Assembly: GCA_030704615.1 (NCBI GenBank)
Contig: CM060731.1
Location: 40,176,001 to 40,240,000, forward strand
Origin: Takakia lepidozioides
Lineage: Eukaryota; Plantae; Bryophyta
Direction of reading: 5' to 3'
Length of the DNA stretch: 64,000 nt
Of this stretch, positions 46,701 to 61,700 are shown in pieces. Position numbers and translations under genes: made by a program. Position 1 is the stretch's first letter. Each line of letters begins with the position of its first letter. The notes under the pieces are model-generated. The model saw nothing but the letters and a program-made list of their open reading frames with translations. It was not told the DNA's origin and ran no database searches.

Positions 46701-49700
46701 TTCCAGTCAGTGACATGGGGAGGACATCTTGGATGACCTCAAGGGTCTACCCACTCTCGGCACTAGACTGAAACTTAAACTCAGGGCAGGAAGCCTACCT
46801 TTGAAGAGCAAACAGAAGCAGAGAGGAAAGGGAGAGTGCAATTGCCCGTTGTGTGCGCAACCTGAAGACAGTATTCATTTTCTGATACACTGTCCGGGGT
46901 TCTCTCACCAAAGAGATGCTCTCTTCAAATCTATCAAGGGAATTGTGCCTGTACCTCTGTTTACCAACTTTGAAAGTCTCGAGGCTGAGCCAAAAGCCCA
47001 GGCCCTCCTGAGGCCTAGTTTTTGGGCAAATCACACACAGCAGATTGATGCTTGTGTGAAGGGATTTCTAGAGGATATCTGGAAAACCCGGATTAATTCT
47101 ATATATGAAGGTAAGTCTTACTACCAACGTCAGCCCCTGACAGAGGTAGGTTCTGTCCCTTTTGTTTCCGCTCAAACTGGGCGCGGGGTCAATGGCCACA
47201 AGGCTACGGCAAACAACGTCTTATGAGTACAATCTCTTCAGTTTGTACCTAGGCATGACAAGGAATACTGTGGTTCACAGTTGCTTGTTGTGAAGTTTGA
47301 CAAAGCTTAGCTATTGCTTTCAAGACTATTTCTCTGTCTTAGCCATGGGTCGTTCTGTGTGTTTAAATGTTCTACCGATAGAAACTTCTGTTGTGCCAAT
47401 TGTATTTTGAATGGCATCATCCTTTTCTGGTTCTTGGAAATGAATCCTTTGAGCTGGTTTTCTGGAGTGTGACAGTTTGAACTCATGCTGTTGCTGCAAC
47501 TTTGTGGTGAGGAGATGTTGTCTCTGTTTAGATAGCTGCTCAACAAGGTGGAAATGCCCCATATATGTACTCTCAAGTACTGACAAGCTACAGGGATTGA
47601 TGCAGCTTTCTGCACCGAATAACAGTTCCCCGGTGCTCATAGTCATACTACGGACACTGACACATCTTCTTATCACTCTTGGAGAGGTTTGACTTCTGCC
47701 CCTTCAGTTGATACCTACAAGAAGTGAGAATGGAAGTAGGTTGGAAGTTAGTGTTGAACAGCCTCCCACCTAGTTGCTTCAGGGATGGCTTATGGCAGGG
47801 GTAAGTTGTTGCCCTTCAACCATGCTTGAATAGATGGGAGTCAAGTTGACATACGTGTAGTGTAGCGTGAGGAGGACAGTAAACTCCATCAGAAGACTGA
47901 TAGAAACTGGAAGTGACATCCCAATTGCTGCTACTTGAATTAGTGTTGTGGCGGCAGGTCTCGTTGGCTTGTAGGGAGGCCCTTGACGACTCCTTGGTGG
48001 AGACTCTCTCCAACTCTTCCATGGCTGTAAGTGAGTCTTTTGGCACAGACAAAATTGTTAGCCAATTGGCCCTTTGTCAAGGTCAGGTGTGCTCTTGTTG
48101 TTGAAGTCTTGTCAATGTGCTCTTGCTTGCCGTTTGTGACTGTAAGGTGGTGCAGCATGCTGCTTTATACCTTCAACTGAATAGCAGATGTTCTCCGGCA
48201 TTTGAGATGGATGGGAGTCTTTGCATGTGAGCGGATACACTCGGGGTTGGATGAGCCTCAACATGGAATGTTGACTGGGGTAACAATGGATCCACCCTTG
48301 CAATTGCAGGTTCGAGTGGAAGCAGCATTAACGCTACGCTCTCTTGCTGAAGTGGACCCTACTTGTGCTAACAACCTCCTCTCTTGTGGCGTAACTACTC
48401 TACGAGCCTTGCAAGAGACGGTGGCTGTTGAGAAGGTAATTTCCATGCTTTATCCTGGTGTGCTCTGTGCATGGACTCAGAAGAAATGAACAGGTCTAGA
48501 TTGTGAGAGCTCTTGTCATCTACTGATGCAGTACAATGCTGTGTTGCTGGCTAGGATGTATTTTCTGGGGAACCTTTGATATGTGTGAGGGTATCAGATG
48601 TGTTTGGGTCAGGTAAGTTGTTTGCTTGAGAAAGGTACATGTGTGGTGGTCAGTTTATTGTGAAGATAGTAGCTGCACTGGAAGATGAGAACCTCCTGTA
48701 TGTTGCCATCTTCTTGTATAGGATACTTCAGTGCTGGTATGTTCCACAGCTTCAGGGAAGTTGGGAATGTCATTTGGTCCTATTCCTTCGATACTGGTAG
48801 GTGCCATTTTCTGCCCCAATGGGATGTGTGGCATTGGAATGTAGGGACAATCAGACGTGTCTATTGTCGGGAGCTGCTGCAGGGTGAACGGTTGAGGCTT
48901 GAGCTGGACTCGCTACATGGACAAGCAGCCATGCTAGCTGCCCTGCTCGCTGTCTGTCCTAAGCTTCCTCTTGGAGTTCCCTCCAGGTAGTCACTCCCTT
49001 CTCTGTTGCGCCAGTTGGTTGCTGCAGTATTTAGTTGCCAGATCCTCCCGCTGCAGCACATTACCTTGACTGTTGCTGTCCTCTTGTTACCTGTCCTTGA
49101 CCTCTAGACTGACTATGAACCCCTTCCTATTTCCCTTTTTTTCCTGCTTTATGTGTCTTCAGCTGTGTCAAAGTTTTCCACAAATGTGTGGATGGATGAA
49201 TCACTTGCAGGCTACCTTCAGCAGTTTTAGAAGTTGCAAAGAGAATGGTATTCCAACCTAGCCGCAACTATATGTCAGCAGCTGCCGAAAAGGAGGCAGG
49301 CTGGATGTTGATTGGAGCATTGGTATCATCGATGCCCAAGCAGGTGAGCTGTCTAGCCCACCTTATTCCTAGTTGGCAGTCTCTGTAGCTCATCACAATT
49401 GAATCAATTAGTTAGTCCAGTGCATAAGTCTTTTTGTTGATCCTTTGCATGTATGAGACATTTGGGTGTGATAGAGTAGTTATCAATCGACCAAAAACCA
49501 CTCGGAAGTAGAAAGATATGTAGAGGTCGTTGTTGTTGTCGTCTCCTCAATGCTGTCAGATTGAAATCCCAAGTTCCAGATGTTTTAAGATGAAGACATT
49601 TAACCCGTCTCATGTTTGCAGGAACTGGAGGAACAAGAGCTTGAAATAATTGCTCTTTGGACCATTGAGTTTGGTGGTAATTACAGGGAACATCTAAAAG

Positions 49701-52700
49701 AAGCAGAGAAGAACCTCTCTGCAACTCTGAGGTAATACTGCAACGCACTTTTACTTTTGTGTAGTGCTTGTTAGGTCAGACACTAAACTTATCTCTTCAG
49801 GACTGGTCAGCTGGAAGGGCCTTTATACATTGCATGGTGGAATCATTCGACAGGTTATTTCAGTTTTTTCCACTGGGACTTGAGAGGCATGATAGAGGAA
49901 AGCCAATGATTTAGTTGGGTGGTTTTGTTGGGAATGCAATCTTGCAGTGGTTGGTCTGCGGCAATGGAAGCATTGGCAGCTTTTGTACAGAACTATGTAG
50001 TCCCCAACACGTCATCTATTGATGAGGGAATCCTTTTGCAACCTATTCTCGGCTACCTTACCGGGTAATTTGTAATTTCAGTCCTGTTCTGCTTTACTTC
50101 TTATTCAAGAGAAAAAGGAGAATTCTGTCAATGGCAGGCCTTCAGTGTGTCCAATTGCAAGGGATTTATCTGTACCAGACGGGCTGCCTCAGCTAGCTCT
50201 GGGTATCCATGCATGCTTTGTATCTTTTACGTGAATAGCTATCTATCTCAGGTGTGTGGCTTAGGACTGAACGGAAGATGACTATGTGGTTTTTGTGCTA
50301 TGGAGTTATATGGCTAGGTGATGGAGCTTAGTAACCATGCTTACGAGTTTGACTTGGTGATTTGGTCCATGGCTGTTGGTTACCACTGAATGGTTATTAA
50401 GTTGATCGGTTTTCCTTAACAGCCTTGACTGGGCGTGTGTAGGGCATTGAAATACCTGGCCTCCTCAACGTTGCAACAATCACCACAGTCCCTGAAGCCT
50501 GCACTAGATTTGTTCACCATAAGAACGCTGAGAGCATTTCAAGCTCTTCCTGATCCTTTTGTATACAAAAATGACCATGTGGAGCTCCTTGCAATTTGTT
50601 CTCTACCTTTCAGGTTTGGTTGGTATCTTTCTATGTATATGAGATGGAGGAAGGGAAGAGACAGAGTGGGGAGAAAGAGAGGCAATAAAGTGCTTATGGG
50701 TGTGCATGACTTGTGGAGGGTTTATATGCACTTGTAGATGTATATGGTGCTTTGTAATACTTAAGAGCTGATTGGGCAGGTTGCTGCTTGTTAGGTTCCA
50801 ATTTCCGGAGATAAGCAGTTTTTTGATAAGCAGTTTTTGATAATAAAAGATACTGAGAGTACTGGTGCAAAATTCAGGGAGCCTGAAAAGTACGGAGCCA
50901 GCTCATGTTTAAGGGGGCTTCTGGATCATAGTGATGCATCACTTGGACCATGGGTACCGGGAAGGTATCCTACTCTCTTCATTTCTATGACTAATAATAT
51001 ATCTTCTTGTGTTCTGGGCCATTGGGCCTCCTGCTCACTTAATTTTCTTCCTTCCTTTCTTTCTGGCCAGTATGCTGTGCCTCTTTTAAAGAACTGGCTT
51101 AAGTATTTTGTCTACATTATAGCAATCTTGCACAAATTGGAGTTGGAGTTGACATTCTGACTTTTACAGGGACATTTTCGAGGATGAGTTGCGTGCCTTT
51201 GAGGGAGGTGCAGATGGCCTCCTTCCATGTGTTTGGGATGGTGAAGTCCCTTCTTTCTCACAAGTATGTGTTCTGCATAATTGTAGCAACTTCAGTTTTG
51301 TTTGGAACCTTCTGAGTGCATTCCAAATGTTGGAGGAAATGCTAGGTTTGGAGTCGTTACACAGGTTCTGAAGGTGTTTTAAAAGTCCGTGCACTTCAGA
51401 GTAGGTCCTGAAAGTTAGTTGCGATTGTGCTTGATCGTTCAGCAGGCAAAATTGCATGTCTTAATTTTCTGAACACCAAATTGAAAAAAAAAAGGATCTC
51501 TAGTGGTAGGCAAATGGTACGCAAAAAGGTAAGTAAATGTGCTGTAATTGAGTAGTTATGTACTGAAATTCCCTTATTGAGATTTGGCAGGCTCCAGCAC
51601 ATGTAGAATCTTAATTTATTTTGTAGAGCTACATTACAGTGTTTTGTCCTGATATGTACAGCCCCTTCTCATTTTCTCCAAAATTGAAGTCCTTTAGACC
51701 AAAGGTCAGCCTCAAAATTTGGTAGTGTTTAATATGATTATCTTGCTGAATCATTTTTCAAGCTTTTCGAGGATATTGTATTATGATGTCATCAGACATG
51801 TTCATTGGCCCAAGAAAAGGAAATTTTGATTGGACCACTAACAGGGATTGTGCATGTTTGTTTCATTTGGGGTTGGTGTATCAGCCTCTCTCATTGTCAA
51901 CTTTGCTTGTGGATGCTATGCTTCTTACCTTTGGGAACGTTTTTGCGTCTCAGGTATGCTATTTATTCACTGTCACTCTATGTTCCATGAACTTTTGTGC
52001 TTTATAGTCAGCTGATCTAGGAGACTGCATCAGACCCTGCTTAGGGTTAGTGAGCTGTTGCGGGATTCAAAAGATGTGGGCGTGGTTCTGATCCTTGAGC
52101 TGACACATGGAGAATCCACGTCAGTGGTTTCTGGACTCTGGCCATGCATTTTTCTTTGTTCTATTGTTGCCTGTTATTCCTCTGTGTATTACATCGGTCG
52201 CATCTTGTTTCTATCAAGTACTCCGTGATCGGAATTTTAGAACTTTTCTTGGAATGGGCTGGCAAAAGTTCTTCCTATTTGTCTGTTTTTACTGTTGATT
52301 TGGGGTCCTGCTATGGTCTCATCCTCCCAAAAAACCGCAGAGGGTGGGATTTCTTTGGCAGTCTGAAAGGAACAAGTTGCAGCTGCTGGAGCTCATGACG
52401 ACCAAAAGTACTGGGAAGAAGCAAGGGTGGCGTTTCGCATTTACAACCAATGTCTGTGTTGCCCTTCTGGGGGGTCTCAAGGTACATAGATTCAGCTGTT
52501 CTTTATTGGCAAAATAAGATTATGATATTATGACGCCTCCCGAAGAAATCGTAATATATGGTGTCTCTTGACCCCGAAGGGCTATTGCCTTCCAGCAGAA
52601 GCTGGACATCTTTGTGACACCAATCGGTGGATTGAACCCACTTGTGCCCACTACGGCTGGTCTACAACTTGGTTGGCAGTATGAAGCTTGCAAAACTCTA

Positions 52701-55700
52701 TTCTGAATTGGCATAATGTGTTTGTAATCAGTCTTGGCCACTAGATATTCTCTGCGGAGTGGGTGACTATGTTGCTGCTGTTCTATCGCAGACTATAGCT
52801 TATTGACTCTCCAGCTTTGCTTTGTAGGCATCAATAGGAATGCGCTCGCAGGGGGCAGAGGGTGAGGCACTGAAGCAGGTGCATGAAATTCTTCAGGTAT
52901 TCTGCTGTCACCTGACTATCACCTGACTATGCATCTGAGCAATGGGAGTTGGTGACTCTTTGTTGTGGTTTTTGTTGGTTGTGCTGGACGTGTAGATGCT
53001 TATCTGTGCATGTACAATTAGCTAGTGTTCTAAAGCCCTTTCAAAAGGTTGGAAGATGCACAACTACCTCAAAGAGCTAATTCTGCAAAATATTTCTATT
53101 TGGTCTCATCAAGCTTCGATGGTTTTTCTTTATGAGGGACAACACCTCAGATGGAAAACTTAAATGGAAAAACTCGACCATTGTTGTCTCTGGCTGGTGT
53201 GGTGTTTGACAACCTCCACTGCACTGGCAGGGTATCCTGGCTGAAGAAGGAACTGCATCTGCAGAGCGCCGTGCTGCAGCTGAAGGCTTGGGAGTCCTGG
53301 CACGATTAGGCAGTGATGTTTACGCAGCCCGTCTGGTACGTCAACTTCTGTCCTGTCCAGTTGAAAGGCCATACAGCATGCATACAGTTCTAAACTGCGC
53401 TCAGGCTTCTAAGGTCCCGCTTACCTTAGATGCACTCATTTTGGTCACAACTCTGTGTCAGTGAGAGCCACTGTTCCTCCTATTCATACATTGGCTTCAC
53501 ATGTTTCTCATATTGTAGAAGTTCTGATTCTTGCCTTTGAGTCAGCAAACCCTTTTGGAGACTAAGTTGTTTGTTGCTGTTGCTTATGGCTGCTGCAGAC
53601 ACGTTCACTTTTGACAAATGCAATTGGGGCTCAGAGTGCTACTCAGAGGGGGTCGCTTGCTCTAGCTCTTGGTTGCATTCACCGCAGGTATTAGCAGTTT
53701 CTTTGGATCTTTGCACAGGAATATGTATTGGGGAAGAGGGACATACATATATGAATGTTCCCTTGTGCCAATTGGTGGTAGATTGTGAAATGCTGAGCAA
53801 CTTTGTACGTTAGTTGTAGAACTTTAGGACATTGGTGGATGAGGTAAATGTTACTGGAAAATGGAATGCTAGAGCCATTTGGAGAAGACAGCTTCCTGAA
53901 GAATCTCTCCCAATTTTTAGTGCAATCAAGGGTGACACATTGCTGTAGTATCTTGCCTACCTCTTTGAAGGTGTGACACTCCTATAGGCTTGCAGGAAGC
54001 CAATGTATCAGTACTTTATCCATATACTGCCAAAGGGTCTTGCAAAGGTTGATAATAGTAAGTGCATGCCTGGTTGGTAAATTAGCGTTATAATAAAGTG
54101 AGCTGCAAGAAATTGTGGTGTCCCCAACTGAGAAGCAATAATTATCAGGTTAGACTAAGACAACAGAGTTCTTGCTTGGGTGGTTTTCTCAGTGTTGGAG
54201 GAATCGCACTGTCTGCGCTGGTGCCAGCAACAGTGCAGGCGCTATGTAGCCTAGCGAAGGATCCCACGGAGGCCCTTCACATCTGGTCCCTACATGGCTT
54301 GTGGCTTACAGCTGAAGCTGCAGGCCTGTCCTACGTTCCCCATGTCCAAGTGAGTTTGGTTGCATCATTAATCTTGCTGATTGCTATATCTGTACAGCGT
54401 AAGGGCTGTTACAGATATCCTTAGCCCTTGCAGTGAAAGGTGTCTGGTTGCTCTGGTTGTGTGGAATGGGTAATGTCAGAGTGAGAAGCTTGGGAAGTTG
54501 GTTTGGAGGCTGATGACGGGGAGAAGAAAACCATCTGGTTTTGAACTAAAAGTATGGCGGGGGTTTCAGGCAACTCTGTCACTAGTCATGGACCTTCTTC
54601 TTTCAGATGACTACGCAGCACCAGAGCTCGGACAAAGTATCGGGCGCCTTATCAATGCTATTGTGGCTGTGCTTGGACCTGAGCTTGCACCTGGGAGTTC
54701 CTTCTATTCTCGATGCAAGGTAGGGCTCCAACATCTTTATGGATAATTTCTATCTTCCAAATGAACTTCTTCACCCAGTACTTCACATTTTGAGGGTCCC
54801 CGCAGAATCCCTCTTTGATAAGAACCAGAATGGAAAGTGTTTCTTGCTTTTGTACACATCGGAAGTTCTAGTGTTTCGTTGGTTCCAGAGGCGACTTCAT
54901 GCTCTTCCAGTTGACCAATGATACTCAAAAGACCCTGTTTTGCATCTATCTGATGAACTGAAGGGGTTCTTGAACGCAGTCAGTGGTATCAGAGATAAGT
55001 ACGAAAGAGGAGCCTGCAGCCCTTCTAGAGTAAGCTCTCTTCTGTTCCTGCAAGTTTCTTGCAGTCATGCACTATATATTGGAAAGTAGATTTATGGTGA
55101 ACTTATTATTTATTTGGTCAGGTGTTTTTGAAACCTTTGGCATAGGTTGAGAGGAAATAAATGTCCCAGGTCAAATCACCAAGCATGGGTCTCTGTTCCA
55201 TATATCTGTTTTGAATGGCCCAAGCTTTGCTGCTGCTGCTGATGGGGTGGTCTTGACCATGTGTCAGGTGTGTAATGTTTACACAACAGTTGGCGCTCTT
55301 TGCTCCACAGGCAGTCTCTGTTCATTTGCATGTGCAAACACTTCGACCTACACTTTCATCAAGACAGGTAATTATATTTGTAAGTGGAGCTGGCTGTGGT
55401 AGTATTGGGTGCTCTCTTTCCGTGCAATGTTTGCTGTAACCTCAGCATTTTGTAAATACAGTAGGTTTGTATGCCCTGTATCTGCATCGTGCTTGTCGTG
55501 AAACTCTAGTTGAACTTCATATGGAATCAGTCAAAAGCTTTTAGCTTGGCTAACCCGAGAGTAGATTTTTCATCATCACATGTTGACAGCATCATTGATT
55601 TCCTGTTTGTTTGCTTGGTCATTGGATGCAGCCTTCTCTTAGGGAAGCTGCCGTTGCAACTTTACGCCATCTTTCAGAACGAGATCCAGTATGCATGCAA

Positions 55701-58700
55701 CTTCTATGCACCCCATTTTGTGAAAGCATTAGTTTGCATCAGCATGCGTTACAACAATAACCTTGGTGGACAGCTGGAGCATAGGCATGTACATAGTTTC
55801 TATATTAGGATGCCAGTTAGATGCTGGAGAAATCGACAATCAGACGCTTAATATGTGGGTGTACGTTTGTAAGTTATTGGGTAGACAGAATTGAGGCCTT
55901 CTTTAAAACATCAGTTGTGCCTTTATTCATGTCAGTACTCATTTCTAAGCACACCCAGTGAAATAAGTATATTTACAGCTACCAGACAAGAATCTGATGC
56001 TATTTATGATTATGCAGGTTTCTCTGGTTGTTGAACGTATAGAGGAAGATCTTTTCGCTATGCTCGACAATGAAACTGATGAAAGGTGCATCTCAAACTT
56101 GTAGAAAAAGTCTTCAGGAAACACTCCTTGAGCAAAAGTGAGACAAGCTGCAAAGAATCATTGGTTTACATACTCTTGTCACACACACTCTATGGCTTCT
56201 TGTGGATGCTAGGTTTTGTGTCCTCTATGTTGTTCTGCTCGTCCCATGGGCCCCTTGGACATTAGAAGTGGCTTGTTGACTCGTGGTCACCCCTGCTGCC
56301 ACTTACGGCTGTGAGTTCTGGGCACCTGTCCCATTCATGGCGGGGAATAAATTTGGAACTGCTGCAATTATCTTTCCTCCATGGAATGCTTGGAGCTACA
56401 TGGACTATACCATCACAAATTCTATGCGCAGAATTTGCTTGCATCCCACTTCAAACAGAGACCATCTTCTGGCTTACAATCTTTCTTACAAGGTTACAAG
56501 CCCTTCCACCCAAAGGTTTGACAGCCCGGGCCCTCACAACATCTATCAGGCTCAAAACAGCTGGTCTCAAGCACTCGTGGTATGCTCGGGTTTCCAACTT
56601 TTTTGAGCGCAGTGGACTCTCCGTTGCTTCCCTACTGCCACAAAACACGGAGGGGGTGGAAATTGCGTCCAAATAGGATGGTAATAGATACTTCAGAAGA
56701 GAACTGATGTGTGGACATGGGAACCAGCCACTCTAGCAACAAAACTGCACTTCTATTGGGAGACATTCTTGGTTCTCCGTGACAATAGGATCTTGCGGCC
56801 TAATACCTGTCTGCAGCTCTATCTCCCTCTTCTGAGGGCATTGGGGAGGTATAGGGTGGGCTCCCACAATCTACGGATAGAGACTAGTAGGTGGAAAAAT
56901 CTGCAACGTGATGACCGCATATGCCCCGCTTTGTGCTGGGAACTACAGAAATGAAATGAAATGAAATGGTGCTTTATAACGTCCGCGGAAAGCTCATAGA
57001 GCTTATGGGACAAAATGGAAAGAAAAACATGAGAGAAAACAGGAAACCAGAGTCAGAGAAAAGAACTATTGTTCGAGTGATTGTCCAAGGGTGAATGCCT
57101 CGTGCAGGTAGGCTGCCAAGCATTTCTGATTTCACAGTGAAAGACTTCAGTGAGAGATTGGGTTCCACTGAATAGACAATGGAATCTCCCACGGATCTCA
57201 TAGTATAGAGGGCAATAGAAGAAGTGTTCTTTCAGTTTCAATTTCCTGGTTGTGCCCTGTGCAAGCTGGACAGAGGCGGTCCTCCTGCTGCATGTTTTCC
57301 CATCTGCCAGTCTCTATCCGTAAAAGAGATCCTCAAGGACCTGGACCTGGATCCGCAAGTCTTGACCCTGCTGGATAAATCTGACTTAGAGGCTGTAGTG
57401 TCCTCAGCCATGTCTGTTGCCATGAGATTGTCTGATGAAAATGAAGTTAGGCAGAAAACTTCCCTGAACTTGTTTCCAGTCTGTGACATGGGGGAGGACA
57501 TCTTGGATGACCTCAAGGGTCTACCCACTCTCGGCACTAGACTGAAATTTAAACTCAGGGCAGGAAGCCTACCTTTGAAGAGCAAACAGAAGCAGAGAGG
57601 AAAGGGAGAGTGCAATTGCCCATTGTGTGGGCAATCTGAAGACAGTATTCATTTTCTGATACACTGTCCGGGGTTCTCTCACCAAAGAGACGCTCTCTTC
57701 AAATCTATTAAGGGAATTGTGCCTGTACCCCTGTTTACCAACTTTGAAAGTCTCGAGGCTGAGCCAAAAGCCCAGGCCCTCCTGAGGCCTAGTTTTTGGG
57801 CTAATCACACACAGCAGATTGATGCTTGTGTGAAGGGATTTCTAGAGGATATATGGAAAACCCGGATTAATTCTTTATATGGAGGTAAGTCTTACTACCA
57901 ATGTCAGCCCCTGACAGAGGTAGGTTCTGTCCCTTATGTTCCCGCTCAAACTGGGCGCGGGGTCAATGGCCACAAGGCTACGGCAAACAACGTCTTATGA
58001 GTACAATCTATCCGTAAAAAATAAAAAATGAAGAACACTTCTTTCAGGGCCCTTTATATGAGATTTATGGGAGATTCTGGGATTCTCATGGGGGTCTTCC
58101 TTTACGAAGATCAGAAACGCATGGAACCTTGCCTGCATGAAGTGTTGACTCCCAGACTATCCCTTGAGCTTTTGGGCTGCTTGTGGCCCATCTCGCGCTG
58201 TTGTTTATTTCTTCCTCTTGTCGCATACGCTCTTTGAGCTTCCCATTTCATTTCATTTCATTTCATCTTTTGTGTGTTTTTGGCCTGCTTATGGATGTCC
58301 CATAAGCTCTTTGAGCTTTCCGCGGACGTTATAAAGTACCATTTCATTTCATTTCTCTGTTTCTCTTTCAATCTATTTGTTTTGGAGAGGATATTTAAGA
58401 TTGTTTTATGATTAAATAATCTCATCATTAAGCTAAAAAGAGAGATATAATGAAATATGTAAAAACAATTATTCAATCTTATGTACACCAATGATTATGT
58501 CTTTTATGTGCTCAGTGATGAGGGTGACATAGGCGGTGGATGCATCTAAACCGATTCCAGAATGCTCAGATTGTTTTGCATCACACTGGTGCATGGTATC
58601 AAGGCTGCACTATCACGTTCTTGGTCGATGCATTTTTATTTCTATCCAAGCTAGTGAGAACGTTTCAGTTTGTTTTACAGCTTCATGTTCATTGTACTGG

Positions 58701-61700
58701 CAGGATCATAAGAAGTGTGCGGTTAACCCTCCAGCGGCTGTTGGAGGCAGCCTGTCCTTCCTTCTCTTCTCGATGGCTCCATTTATGTCGCAATGTGGTC
58801 AGTACTTTTTTGAGTTTTGAGACTGCACAGAATTCCCTGCAACCACATCCAGTGGGATTAGGAAAATACTGGCATCGACTCGCTTAGTTTGTTGAAATAT
58901 AGCTTTGGCCAAAGTGGTGACGAGTATTTGTGAAAGCTGAATGTGTGATGTGAACATAAGTTTCTTAATCTCCAGTTCGGATCGAGAAGTACGTTCTAAA
59001 GCAACAAATACAGAATGATCTCTGTGCTGCTTGGTCCCTAGTCATAGACTCTTTAGTACTTGGAATGTGTGACTTGTAGGTATTGGCAACATCAACAACA
59101 AAAACAGCAGGTGGTGGGTATCATGGGGTTGAATTGGGGACTGGAATCCCTACAGAAGCTGGCAATAATGAAGAGCATGCCATGGGCGAAGATGACGAAG
59201 GCATGATCATTGGCAGTGGCATTGGGGCTCCATCAGGAGAGGTTGAAACCAAAGGAAAGGAGGCAGACCATCTCCCTCGCTACAAGACTCGTTTGTTTGC
59301 AGCTGAGTATGTCACTATGTCCCTAGTTTTAGAGTTTTGAGAGTCGTTAAACATGCAGTTTGCATTTCTCAAACCTTCGAGAGTGGATGCGCTCTCTTGA
59401 ATGTACCTCTCATTACCTTTGCACTTCAGTACTATATCACACCCATGAACTGGGTCCATGGGCTCACCATTTCTTTTCAAGTCCTTTTGTGTCTACAAGT
59501 GCAAGCTGCAAGATTGTTCATGTCATGTGGGTGGCAGGTGTTTAAGCCGTCTACCAGTAGCCGTGGGTTCCAACCCAATGCACTTTGATCTTGTGCGTGC
59601 CAAAGAGGTGGAAGGTGGTGACTGGCTGGTACTTCATCTAGGAGAGTTAGTTGCTCTAGCATATCAGGTACGTTATTGCTGTGACTACTGCAAATCCCAC
59701 CATAGCCTTGAGTCCCTTAGCAGCACAATGCTCAATGAAAGCTTGCTATGACTGCACCAAATATCCACTAATCATTTTTTTCGGGTATGTATTCTATTTT
59801 GTCAATATGAGAAGTTGTGATAGTACCTGCATTGTGACTTTATATTTTTTTCTAGTTTACAATTTGGGATGAAACTGTGGATGGGAATGTGCAAGGACTT
59901 GTGAACGGTATATTCCTTTGTTGATGGGTATGACTGAAGCATTGCAGCTAACATCTCTTTTCTCTTTGCTTCTTGTTATCTACTTTTTGTCATCTACAGG
60001 TTGCCACTGGAAGTCTGGAAAGTTTGAGGCCCATGGGAGTAGAACTCTTGGACACAATTCTTGATAAGGTAGTTTTCAATTTGTTGATCACATACATTTG
60101 TTGATGAAGGGGCCTAGAACTCAGAGCACTGCACCAATGCACGAAGGGTGGCAGCCTCACTGACTCAGTTTCCGAGGAATTGCTGTTATGAAATCTTATG
60201 TGTAGCAGTAGGTTGGTATGTTTTGGCTTTTTGAAGCTTCATAATTTATTCATTGGGATTGCTTCCAGTTTGGCAAGACTGAGGACCCTGAGTATAACGG
60301 GCATCTTCTGCTTGAACAGTATCAGGTAGCCCCTTATCTCCAATTTTCTTTTACTGCTTCTTGCATAGCCCAGGTCACTGCATCATGGCTTTCATTCAGT
60401 GTCAGAGAGTCCAGTTTCTTCTTATGGATCATATGGATCTCCTTCTTTCAAGGATTGTTTATTTTTGACAGCCTGTTATACGGTGCTGATGTCAATGCAT
60501 GCATGTTATTCCCAGGCACAACTTATGTCTGCTGTCCGAACAGCACTTGAGCCGTCTGCAGGTCCTCTACTAATGGCAGCGGGATCAAGACTTGCTGCTA
60601 GGGTTGGTTCTTCCAGTCCTTCAGTATATGATTCAGGGTTTCTTTAGACCCATTTATTCCTTCACCGTTACAAGATAAAATCCACCAGATTATTCTTGTC
60701 ATTGTGCCCACTTCAAATACCACACTTCTTGTGATTGTTATTCAATTGCACTGTACAGCTGGTTTCCCATAGCAATGTCCAAGTGGTCTTCCAATGGTTC
60801 AATTATTTTTATCCAAAGCAATCTGTGATCTAACCAACTCAATGTGTTTGTGGTTAGTCTTGGCTAGATAGTATGAGTTACGTTCATGGGTAAGTTTTCC
60901 TGCTCTTCATTATGGGGCTGTTGATGACCTAACTGTCCAGGCATGCCTTAACGTTGATCTGGCCCTATGTGTAGCAGATTGTAACAAGTGGGGTCGCTGG
61001 TGGAGATCGTGGGGTGCTGCAGCGTGTGGTGACCCTTATTTCTCGACCTTTGGGTAGATGGGAGGATCTTCGTATTCCTGCATATGCCGAGTGGGTCGGC
61101 TGCAAGGTGACTTGTGGCACCTTTTGTTTTATATTATTGTTGTGGCTTACATTGTTTTCTGTACATCAACAACTCTTGCATTGTAACTGGTCAAGCATGC
61201 TGGGACACTGAATTGAGTGGGGTATGATGTGACAGGTGCAAGTTAGTCTCTTGGGAGCTCATGCAGCTGTGAAGACATATGCATTTGCATGCTCAAAAGA
61301 AGGTTCTCCCAATTCGTCAGATGGCCTGGTTTTACTTCCTCTTCTGGCTCCTCACTCAAGCTTGCTTGGCCCCTGCTGGATCGGTCTGCTAAGGGACTTC
61401 ACAGCAATCCGGACACAATGGGCCACCAAGATGCAGGTATATTGATTTTCTATTGATTCGCTTGATACATACCCTCTGACTGCTTGCAGTACATTCTGTT
61501 GCTGTGTTACTTGCACACAGCGATACCAGTGTGCAGCAATGTCTAATGTATAGAGCTGTGAGCACGTGTTGAACACTGTTTGTGAGTAAATAAACGTCCC
61601 TTCTGACTTCTGATCATAGCCTCATCCTGGAATGTACAGCCTCGCTATGAGCCATTCTTGGAGGGTGTTCAACTGGCAGCAATTGCGGCCGTGGTGCATC

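Larger units (their letters stand above)
56265..58355 (+). mobile_element. Decayed LINE (family B, (CATTT)n tail), host of nested insertions
   Basis: VTPAATYGCEFW..RYRVGSHNLRIETSRW..RICP is interrupted at ~56950 and resumes at 58027 with NEEHFF. 3' tail catttcatttc at 58243-58265 and 58340-58355. Confidence 0.65.

Noticed and set aside
50965-51169. Possible U12 intron in SWEETIE (gtatccta donor)
   Set aside because: Imperfect donor and no TCCTTAAC-type branch point near the acceptor.
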